Positions 1 through 8,813 of a stretch of DNA of 64,000 nt are shown here, piece after piece; the stretch's first letter is position 1; every line of letters begins with the position of its first letter. The notes below the pieces were generated by a model. That model made no database searches and was not told where the DNA came from. It saw nothing but the letters and a program-made list of their open reading frames with translations. The DNA comes from Candidatus Latescibacterota bacterium. Its GTDB lineage: Bacteria > Krumholzibacteriota > Krumholzibacteriia > WVZY01. The stretch spans positions 5,092 through 69,091 of the forward strand of contig WVZY01000076.1 of assembly GCA_011772205.1 (NCBI GenBank), written 5' to 3'. A program made the translations under genes and the position numbers.

Positions 1-837
1 CCCCAAGGCGGAGCCGTCTCTTTTCAGAAAAACGATGTCGTCTTGGATGACTTCGGTTTTTTCTCCATCCCTATGGTTCAAACCCAGCTGATGGCATGAC
101 CAGGTCGACTTCCCTGTGGCGGAGAGGCCGAAAATGAGAACACCATAGCGCTTCAGTTTACCGTCCTTCGAATCGCGAGCGGTGACGATCTTCGTCCCCG
201 CGTGGAGTCCCAGCATTCCCTGCTTATCCGCTGAGTACATGGCCTGTCTCAAAAAGCCTTTCTTGTCCTCTCCCATGTAATCCGTACCCAGCGCAATGTT
301 GAGATTGTACTCGGGAATTGTGAGCACCTGCTGCCTGATGTGGTGCTCATCGGGAATATGAAACATGATGAACTCGGGCCCCGGCTTCCTTTTGTTCGGT
401 TCGCGCAACGTATGTCCCCACATGTAGGCGAGGCGGATATTCTTTGGGTCTGCCACGGAAATGTACAGGTTGCAGATCGGATTGAATTCATTGTTGTCTC
501 CCATTTGGCGTCGGATGTGAACTAATGGGAGGGTGCGAATCATATGGAGGACGTTGTGAAGTTCTTCAGGTGCCTTTTCAATAATCTCTCTTTGTAGGTC
601 AGTGACGCTCGGTAAGCGGACCGGTTCACTGCCCAGGTAAACCGTCCTCGGAGCTACGCGGCTCGATACAGCCGAACGCCATGCGAAAGACCCGAACCGT
701 GTGGGAGTTGCCGTCCGAATCGCGCGTTCCTTTAGTTCCTTGAGTTTTGCGTGCTCGATATTGCGCCCATTCAGGAAGGGCTGCAGGTTATCATAAAACC
801 TGTTATAAACCGATTCGTCATAGATGTCTTGGCTCAT
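1..837 (-). CDS. pckA: Phosphoenolpyruvate carboxykinase (ATP), 3' end outside the window
   Basis: Hand translation (absent from the ORF track because it runs off the edge): MSQDIYDESVY...LGTDYMGEDKKG...GLHAG...IFGLSATGKST...IQDDIVFL. PEPCK motifs and P-loop present; GAGGTG RBS before ATG 837. Confidence 0.85.
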   Translation of the reverse strand, partial: MSQDIYDESVYNRFYDNLQPFLNGRNIEHAKLKELKERAIRTATPTRFGSFAWRSAVSSRVAPRTVYLGSEPVRLPSVTDLQREIIEKAPEELHNVLHMIRTLPLVHIRRQMGDNNEFNPICNLYISVADPKNIRLAYMWGHTLREPNKRKPGPEFIMFHIPDEHHIRQQVLTIPEYNLNIALGTDYMGEDKKGFLRQAMYSADKQGMLGLHAGTKIVTARDSKDGKLKRYGVLIFGLSATGKSTWSCHQLGLNHRDGEKTEVIQDDIVFLKRDGSALG

Positions 838-1227
838 GGTTTCTGGATTCACCTCACGTCGTGCAGCCTATTCTCTGCTGGATCGTTCGATTATCAAATT
901 ATTTTAGTCCAGAAGCGGGGGCGAAGCAATCGGTTTCGAGGCACAGGGATTGGATATTCTGAGACACGGAGCCGATGAAGGTATGGCTGGAGAGCAGTGG
1001 CGCGGGCCATGGATAGGTCGGGGAAGAGCAATCACGAACAGCTCCGAATTCGATTGCATTTCCAAGACTTCCGGGATAAACTTGTTTTTTTGATTTCCCT
1101 TCAGCGGGCTTCAATCCGAGAAAGGCAACTTACATTCGAACCGGCGGCTCCTCGGCATGGCGTGTTCCGGGGCGGAAATCGGCCGAGCGGTCGGACATGC
1201 ATATCTAATACACAAGGAGGCGTGGAA

Positions 1228-2700
1228 ATGGTGGGTTGGTTGATCTGGCTGATAATCGGCGTAGCGGTCTTGGGCCTGTTCCTGCTGGCCATGTGGAAAC
1301 AGTACCGCAAAGTAGGTCCAAACGAAGTCCTGATCATCTCCGGAGGTCGACGTCATACCGTTGTCGATCCAGACGGCACGAAACGCAAGATCGGTTACCG
1401 GATGCAAATTGGCGGTGGTACGTTCGTGCTACCCTTTATAGAGAGCTGTCAGGTGCTGTCGCTCGAAATTTTCACTGTGGGCTTCAAGACTCCCGAAGTC
1501 CTCACGACCACAGGCGTTCCGGTAATCACAGAAGGCCTTGCACAGATCAAGATCAAGGGAGACGAATACTCTATCCGCCTTGCTTCCGAGCAATTTCTCG
1601 GCAAGGATCCGGGAGCCATACGGGACATCTCCCAGCAGATCCTCGAAGGCCACATGCGGTCCACAATCGGATCTTTTACAGTGGAAGAGATGTATCAGAA
1701 CCGGGATGGATTCGCCCTGAAAGTGAGAGAAGCCGCAACGAAAGATTTCGATCGAATGGGACTCCAGCTCATATCGTTCTCGCTCAAAGATCTCACTGAT
1801 ACCCAGGGGTATCTCGAAGCTCTGGGCCGCCCGCGCATCGCAGAGGTCAAGAGAGATGCTGCCGTCGCACAGGCCGAAACGGACAAGGATGCCACGATCA
1901 AAGCGGCAATCGCACGGAAAGAAGGGGACATCGCGAAATTTCAGGCCGATACCGAGATCGCTCAGGCCCACAGGGATTTCGAGTCCAAACGAGCCGAATT
2001 CCAGGCTGTAATCAATCAAAAGAAAGCAACTGCAGACCTTGCGTACGATCTCGAAAAGCTGCGAGTGAGCGAGGAACTCAAGGCGCAGGAATACCAGGTC
2101 AGGCTCATTGAAAAAGAAAAGTCCATCGAAATAGAACAGAAGGAAATCGCGCGTAGAGAACTCGAGCTCGAATCGACCGTCAAGAAAGAAGCCGACGCCA
2201 GGAAGTATCAGGCACAATCAGAGGCGGAAGCGGAAAGCTATCGTGTCGAGGCCGAGGCAAAGGCGAAAGCGGAAGCAATGAAGGTGGAAGGCGCTGCTGA
2301 AGTGGAAGTGATGAGGGCCAAAGGAGCAGCGCAGTCGGTGGGCATGAAGCAAAAAGCGGAGGCATGGCGGGAATACAACGAGGCGGCTGTTTATCAGATG
2401 TTTATCGATGTTCTCCCACAGCTCGCCAAGAATGTCTCCGAACCTCTTTCCAAGGTGGAAAAGATCGTGCTCATCGGCGACGGCAAAGGAGCGGGAGCTT
2501 CGAGAATCACGAATGAGGTGGCAAGCGTGCTCGCGCAGATGCCGGAGGTTCTGGAATCATTGACGGGCGTCGATATCAAGAAGCTGTTGCAGAACCTCCC
2601 CGAGATTGCAAAAAGGCAAAAAGCGGAGACCGATGTAGCCACTCCGCCTCCTGATAATCCTTCCAAGGGTCAGCCGAAGGCTCCTGGGAAAAAGGCGTAA
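1228..2700 (+). CDS. Flotillin/SPFH-domain protein
   Basis: N-terminal TM helix, SPFH core (PNEVLIISG, LEGHMRSTIG), AE-rich coiled coil. AGGAGG RBS supports ATG 1228 rather than 997. Confidence 0.9.
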   Translation: MVGWLIWLIIGVAVLGLFLLAMWKQYRKVGPNEVLIISGGRRHTVVDPDGTKRKIGYRMQIGGGTFVLPFIESCQVLSLEIFTVGFKTPEVLTTTGVPVITEGLAQIKIKGDEYSIRLASEQFLGKDPGAIRDISQQILEGHMRSTIGSFTVEEMYQNRDGFALKVREAATKDFDRMGLQLISFSLKDLTDTQGYLEALGRPRIAEVKRDAAVAQAETDKDATIKAAIARKEGDIAKFQADTEIAQAHRDFESKRAEFQAVINQKKATADLAYDLEKLRVSEELKAQEYQVRLIEKEKSIEIEQKEIARRELELESTVKKEADARKYQAQSEAEAESYRVEAEAKAKAEAMKVEGAAEVEVMRAKGAAQSVGMKQKAEAWREYNEAAVYQMFIDVLPQLAKNVSEPLSKVEKIVLIGDGKGAGASRITNEVASVLAQMPEVLESLTGVDIKKLLQNLPEIAKRQKAETDVATPPPDNPSKGQPKAPGKKA

Positions 2701-2721
2701 TGACAAGAAGAGGGGAATGAC

Positions 2722-5175
2722 ATGGCAACCAAAATAGAATCCCAAGAGCCCAGGCCCACCCTTCCGAAATCACCTCCGGAATCCGCTAAGGAACCGGCCC
2801 GTCAGGCAACGGGCACCGTGGCGGAACGGGTCAGCCGCGTGGCAACCTCTCCCACATTGAGAATCACCGGGAAAGCGAAGGCAATGGCTGCCGAAGGTAT
2901 CGATGTAATCGATCTCAGCGTGGGCGAGCCTGATTTTTCTACACCGGATAACATCAAGCTGGCGGGGAAACAGGCGATCGACGATAACTTCACTCACTAC
3001 ACGGCGAACGACGGGATACCGGAACTCAAACGGGCGATCTCGGATCGGCTCAAGGAGGAGCACGGCCTCGAATACGGTCCAGGTGAAATCATCGTCTCGT
3101 CGGGGGCGAAGAACTGCCTCTACAACCTGTCCGTGGCTCTTTTCAACAAAGGGGAGGAAGCCATCATCCCAGCGCCTTACTGGGTGTCATATCCGGCCCA
3201 GGTGGCGTTGGCCAAGGCGATTCCGGTAATCGTTCCGACGAAAGAGGAGAATGGATTTCGGCTCACACCGGATGAGCTGCAATCCGCTTTGACCTTCAAC
3301 ACCAAAGCGTTAATACTCAACAATCCATGCAATCCTACTGGAACCGCATACACCAGGGAAGAGCTCGAGCCGATTGCCGAGATTGCAGCCGATGAAGGCA
3401 TCTTCATCATCGCTGACGAAATTTATGAAAAACTCGTCTATGACGGATTCCGGTTCGCCAGCATTGCCTCGATAAGTCCCAAGGTCAAACAACGCGCGAT
3501 CATCATCCATGGAGTTTCGAAGTCCTACGCAATGACCGGATGGCGGATCGGCTACGCCGCCGGACCGCGGGAAATCATCGCCGCGATGGACAAAGTGCAG
3601 AGCCACAACACGTCGAATGCGTCGTCCATTTCCCAAATGGCCGCGCTCGAAGCCCTCAAAGGGCCTCAGATGGACATATCGATGATGGTATCCGAGTTTC
3701 AGAAACGCCGGAACTTCATGCTTCAGAAACTCGGCTCGATCCCTGGTGTTTCATGCATGGAACCCAAGGGTGCCTTTTACCTTTTTCCGAATATGTCGGC
3801 CTATTACGAAAAGGAATACGAGGGGATGCAGATACGGAACTCGTACGGGCTTGCATACTTCCTCTTGAAAACGGCACGTGTCGCGGTGGTGCCGGGCGAC
3901 GCGTTCGGTGCGGACGATTTTATCCGGCTGTCCTATGCGTCGTCGATGGAGCGGATCGAGGAAGCGATGGATCGGATAGGTGAAGCGATGTCCAAACTCG
4001 AGGTGGCCAAGAAGATCGCCCGCGTCCAGCTGAACAATACGGTAACGAAAGTGAAAGCTTACGCGGAAACCGAGCCGGAACTCAGCTTGGCGTTACGCAA
4101 CGCACTGGTGGCTGAGGTCGAAACCCATATGGGCCACGACAATTATTATGAGTGGAACGCCAACATCAGCGGCATGGTGATACAGCTTCGCACCAACAGC
4201 CCGCATCTGAATGATTTCTGGATGGAAAACTGGTACCCATCACAGCTCGAAGCCGATCTGGAACCCCACGGAATTCTGTACGGGGCAAAAGCCATTCCGG
4301 GGCGCGAACCCAGGGCGTTTTACAATTCCGAATCGCGGACAGGCGTGCTGGTAAACTCCGCCTTCTACGGACAGCTGAGGTCCCTTGCTCTGGGAATGGT
4401 AACAGACGTGGGCGAACGGCTGTTCGATCTGCACGGCATCAACGGAGCGTGTCTCGATTTTAGAGGCATGGGCATCGTGCTGATCGGATCTCCGGGGACC
4501 GGCCGAAAGGGTCTCTTTGCCGCGCTGGCGCGCAGCGATAAGGCGCGCATTCATTCGAACGACTATTTCTTCGTCCGGTACGTTGGCGGAGAGGCGTTCG
4601 CCGACATTTCCGAACGCAAGTTTTATGTGAAAACCAAGGTGGTCGAAGACAATACCGATTGGGTGCCTTTTCTCGACCGCAGCAAGTGCGAGAATGTGGT
4701 AACGCGGAAGGAGGACTGCACACACCCGAACTGCGAGCGGGTGGAGAGGTGCCGTCTCGACCGCGGCGCGACTCATTGTTTTTCGGCCTCGAATATATCT
4801 CGCGCGATGCTGGATCCTTATTGGCTCGGGGGACCGAAGAAGTACGTAAAACGAGCTTCGTTGAAGTACGTCTTCCTCCTGAGGAAGGATCCGCTGGCTG
4901 AGCCGTTAACCAGGACGAGCGCGGAAGAAGCTATTCGGTTTTTGGAGGAAGGGAAGGTGGAAACGGCGATGGGACCGGGTCCGCTTCTTTCGACCTACCG
5001 GAGCCAGCCGTTTTTCAATCCGCATTTGCTGGTAAAAACGCCGGACCGGATCGAGCTGCAAAAGCGTCAATTCGAGAGACTGTTCCTGGCGGCGGAATGC
5101 TTCCTCGTGAACACCGATCGGGTCGCGCGTGCGGAGATCGAGAGGCAGATCCTGGACGTCGTTGGCGTCCGTTAG
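2722..5175 (+). CDS. Class I/II (aspartate) aminotransferase fused to a C-terminal HPr kinase/PEPCK-like domain
   Basis: GEPDF, NPCNPTG, DEIY and SKSYAMTGWRIGY PLP motifs in the first ~425 aa. The C-terminal ~390 aa has a degenerate P-loop (GSPGTGRK) and a Cys cluster. Confidence 0.85.
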   Translation: MATKIESQEPRPTLPKSPPESAKEPARQATGTVAERVSRVATSPTLRITGKAKAMAAEGIDVIDLSVGEPDFSTPDNIKLAGKQAIDDNFTHYTANDGIPELKRAISDRLKEEHGLEYGPGEIIVSSGAKNCLYNLSVALFNKGEEAIIPAPYWVSYPAQVALAKAIPVIVPTKEENGFRLTPDELQSALTFNTKALILNNPCNPTGTAYTREELEPIAEIAADEGIFIIADEIYEKLVYDGFRFASIASISPKVKQRAIIIHGVSKSYAMTGWRIGYAAGPREIIAAMDKVQSHNTSNASSISQMAALEALKGPQMDISMMVSEFQKRRNFMLQKLGSIPGVSCMEPKGAFYLFPNMSAYYEKEYEGMQIRNSYGLAYFLLKTARVAVVPGDAFGADDFIRLSYASSMERIEEAMDRIGEAMSKLEVAKKIARVQLNNTVTKVKAYAETEPELSLALRNALVAEVETHMGHDNYYEWNANISGMVIQLRTNSPHLNDFWMENWYPSQLEADLEPHGILYGAKAIPGREPRAFYNSESRTGVLVNSAFYGQLRSLALGMVTDVGERLFDLHGINGACLDFRGMGIVLIGSPGTGRKGLFAALARSDKARIHSNDYFFVRYVGGEAFADISERKFYVKTKVVEDNTDWVPFLDRSKCENVVTRKEDCTHPNCERVERCRLDRGATHCFSASNISRAMLDPYWLGGPKKYVKRASLKYVFLLRKDPLAEPLTRTSAEEAIRFLEEGKVETAMGPGPLLSTYRSQPFFNPHLLVKTPDRIELQKRQFERLFLAAECFLVNTDRVARAEIERQILDVVGVR

Positions 5176-5198
5176 TAGTTTTTTCCTGTTTGTTATTG

Positions 5199-5238
5199 AA
5201 GGACCGGGTGTGGGGCACTCGCCTCCGGCCGGTCCTTT
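5199..5238 (+). terminator. Possible terminator hairpin
   Basis: AAGGACCGG...CCGGTCCTT inverted repeat just after the aminotransferase stop. Confidence 0.4.
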
Positions 5239-5565
5239 ACATTAAGTCACAAGGGGGAGGACAGCATGATGGGACGACGAGACTTTGCGAGGATGTGCGT
5301 TGGGAGGCTCTGCGGGGGTGACGAATCGTTACGCGGAGCGAGCGAGGATCCTCCGCCGGAGGCGGATAGCCGAAGCGGGAGCGTGGTGAGGAAGCCCGCA
5401 GAGCCTCCCGCAAAGAGTCTCACCAGCCGGATGCGGATAACCGAGCGAAGTGGGCGCATGTGAAGAACTCCCACGGAGCCTCCTTACCCACCTCTACTCG
5501 ATGGATGCCACCCTCGTTACGCAGCACTCCCACCATCATGATCCATCGCTAGCAAATAATATTCT

Positions 5566-7932
5566 CTACGCCGCGAGTTTCTTCCTGAGAATCAAGATAC
5601 CGGTTATCAACGTCAGCAGCACCAGCACCACCAGACCCCAGCTGCTCAAGGCAGGCACATCGGCGGGAGTGTATTGTATCTCGAAATCAGCCTCACTCGT
5701 ATCCGCTGCACAGTTGTTGTCTGGGTCATAAGCGACCACCATGATCCTCGAGTAGATCGAAGGCGGGCCGGTGACCGGCCAGAGATAACTTCCGTCGTTT
5801 GGCTCCGCAGTGGTGAGTGTTTCCGGATAAGATGCTCCACCGTCACGAGAAAGCAAAATATCGATCAAACACGTGCCCGAGTTATCCGAAGCGGTCCACT
5901 GAACGTCTTCGTCGTCTCCGATTAGCCAAAGTTCGGCTCCAGTCGTGGGTCTGTCCAGGCTTATGATCGGTGGATCGGTATCAGGTAATGCGCCCATGGC
6001 CAGCCAATCAACCGCTCGTTGCATCAGAAGATCACGGTCAGCCGAAGTGTTTATGGCTTCGAAGCCAAAGGCGAGATAGACGATTCGATGCGGTGATTCG
6101 CATTTGATGCCGCCTGCGGAACCCGAGACATACTCGAACACTTCCGTGGCTCCAATCCGTGCATTGATCTCGCTCGGCCAATCCTGGTTGTTCGACCCAT
6201 CCCCTCCGCCGATGTCGAAGCTCATGCCGTTTCCCACGGGGTCCCCGGAGACACCGGTGAGTGAGCGGTATCCGGAGTCATCGAGGATGTAGTCGGCATG
6301 AAGATAGTTATTATAGAAAACAACGTCGCCGGGAGTGTGGCCCGAATAATCGTTTAGGTACCAGCCAATGTCCTGGCCCGTAAACAGCGCGCGGCCCCCG
6401 CCGTCGAGGTAGCTCGATATAGCAGCCTGGTTGGTGGAGACGATGCGCCCGGCAGTACCGGTTTCCCAGATGACGATGAAATAGGGAGCTAAATCGGAAG
6501 AGCTGGGGCTGCCTCTGTCTTTCTCGTTCCAGACATCGTAGAGGTACTGGTTGTTATCGAGCGCCTGCATGAAATAGCTCTCGTATGTCGCACCATCGTC
6601 GTCATCCACCAGGAGAATCGGCATATCTCCTATCTTCACATAGAACGTATCCATCCGGGAACATCCGCCGTCGGCACTGATGTTCAGAGTGAACTCGATT
6701 AGATCGCCGACGGTGAGCAACCGATTGAATGACATCTGATATGGCGTATGAGAATCGCCTTCCTCTCCAGCGTCCAGGTCGGGATAGGTGGAAGTGTCGC
6801 TGCTGATTTCCACCCAAGGATGTGAGCAGCCGATTGTTGCCGATATGCCTGTTTTGAGGTTTGCGAGTATTTCGTTTTTCAATGTGACGGTTAGATTTAC
6901 GGATTCGCCGGCATCGACGCGTCCGTCACCATCTCCGCTGCTGTCGTCTACGGTCTGGTCCTCGTATGCGATATCCGTTGCCTCGAAATAATAAACTGCC
7001 TGTGTTGCATAACCAATGTTGCACGAACCGTACTTGATCCAGAAATAACCATCCATGCCCCAATCCGTCCCCCAGCTGTTCTTAACGAGCCATGCTCCTT
7101 CTCCATCGCATAGGTTATCGTTCCAGCCGATAATGACAACAGCGTGGTTAATGGGATCATCTCCCTCGTGCTCGTAACAGCCTTCAGTGTAGTAGCGGAA
7201 ATCATCGTACACATGAAATGTGGTCGCAACAGGGCCATGGTTCATCACCTTTTCCTTGATTGCTTCCACAATATTGGGGATATCTTCCCAACCATTTGTC
7301 GCAGCGTATTTCTCGCATGTTTCTTCGGTGCAGGGCTCAGTATCAGTCGCCACATACGGCATGCAGCTCTCCAGCGCGGCTCCGTATTGTTTGAAATGGT
7401 TCCATGCGGTACTCATCCATCCGCCGCTGCATCCGTAACCGAACGTCGCGCATCAAAGCACCTGTTGCTCGGAAAGATCGTATTCGAATCCACTGTTTAT
7501 GAGGACCATCGATTCCAAAGCACCCACTGCGGCGAAATCCCAGCAGCTGCCGCAGCCGTCTTGGTCCTTGACCGGTGTTACGCCGGCATAGTCGCGCCAA
7601 TCGAAACTGGACGGGAATTGCAGGTTTCGCATGTTGTAGGCTGATGTGATTTTCTCGAAACGATCCACTGCCTCCGGTGGGATTCGCAAACCGAGAAGTC
7701 GTTGGAACTGCTCGGACGAAAGCTCGGAGACAGATGTTCTGCCGGCCGTCCACTGGTAGCCTTTTTCTGCAATTCGCTGTTGCACTTGTGACAGCGTCTC
7801 GAATGGCTGATCGATAGTGATTTGTGTGTTGCCCTTCTGCTTGGTTTCTACGGAGCCAGCATTTTCAGATAAGCCGGATACGGGGATCAGAGAAAGTGCC
7901 AGAATGGATGCAATGACGGCAGCGGTTTTCAT
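5566..7932 (-). pseudogene. Secreted C1A (papain-like) cysteine protease with IPTL-CTERM anchor, interrupted by an in-frame TGA at 7453-7455
   Basis: ORFs 7453-7932 and 5566-7416 share a frame: QDGCGSCW...LSEQQVL*CATFGYGCSGGW...NHAV...WLVKNSWG. Signal peptide; C-terminus VPALSSWGLVVLVLL...RKK. Confidence 0.8.
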
Positions 7933-8227
7933 GTTCCGCCTCCTGTTCGAGCCACGTGCTTGAGATACTTTATGTTATGCGTCGTTGAACTCCCTGCGAG
8001 CATTTAGGACACTTGAAGTCCTTATTATACAATAAATTAGTCGTTTCGTCAATCACGTAGTCGTGATTGTTTCTTCATGAATGCATTGATGGTGTGAGAC
8101 CGACTCCAGCGGAGGATCAAGGAAAAAGCAAAATCGAGCCTTGTGTCATTTGCAGCAGTCGGCTCTCTGTTTGACGATAGCAGATTTTTATGGTAAAATT
8201 ACTAACGATTCATCAGGCGAGGTGACT

Positions 8228-8785
8228 GTGGAGAAAGGAAGTAAGCAACTCACTGTTGTTGTAGCATTACTGCTGATCGCAACTCTTCCTAATGCTGCCT
8301 TATCCGTGACGTTCCAGATCGAGGCAGAGAATTACGTAGACTCTCTTGACCTTGCTTTCGAGTTGATTCGCCCCGTAGATGGGGGAACCGGTTGCAGCGG
8401 TGGTTACTATCTTGCTGGACTCGATGCGCCGGGTGAGTGGACACTGTATGATCTCAATGTCAGCGCCTCTGGGGTCTACGCCGTCAAAATGAAAATTAGA
8501 GGAGATGAAGGTATTAGCTATCAGTTCCAGTTGATTTTCACAGGCAACGAATCAGGAGAGACTCAAACAATTACCTGCACATTTGTGGCCCCGCGACCTA
8601 CTTGAGCTGCCCAGTGGTATTATCCCGCCGGGAGCGGTTCCTTCAGATTAACCGAGTCCTCATACACCGTCAAGTTGCTTTACATTTACGGGAGCTGGAT
8701 TCATATCGATAACTTCACGTTCATGTCCATGGTGCCGACTCGCGATCACTCCTGGGGGATGATCAAGAGCATTTACCGACAATAG
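8228..8785 (+). CDS. Secreted CBM6/CBM35-like protein with in-frame TGA (8603-8605), candidate selenoprotein
   Basis: Signal peptide, IEAENY, GEWTLY. The frame continues past TGA as AAQWYY...IDNFTF...DHSWGMIKSIYRQ to TAG 8783-8785. Confidence 0.7.
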
Positions 8786-8813
8786 CAATTGTTGCAGCAA
8801 AACGTGGTGATTG

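Noticed and set aside
997..1227. N-terminal extension of flotillin
   Set aside because: The RBS and TM helix position indicate the start at 1228.
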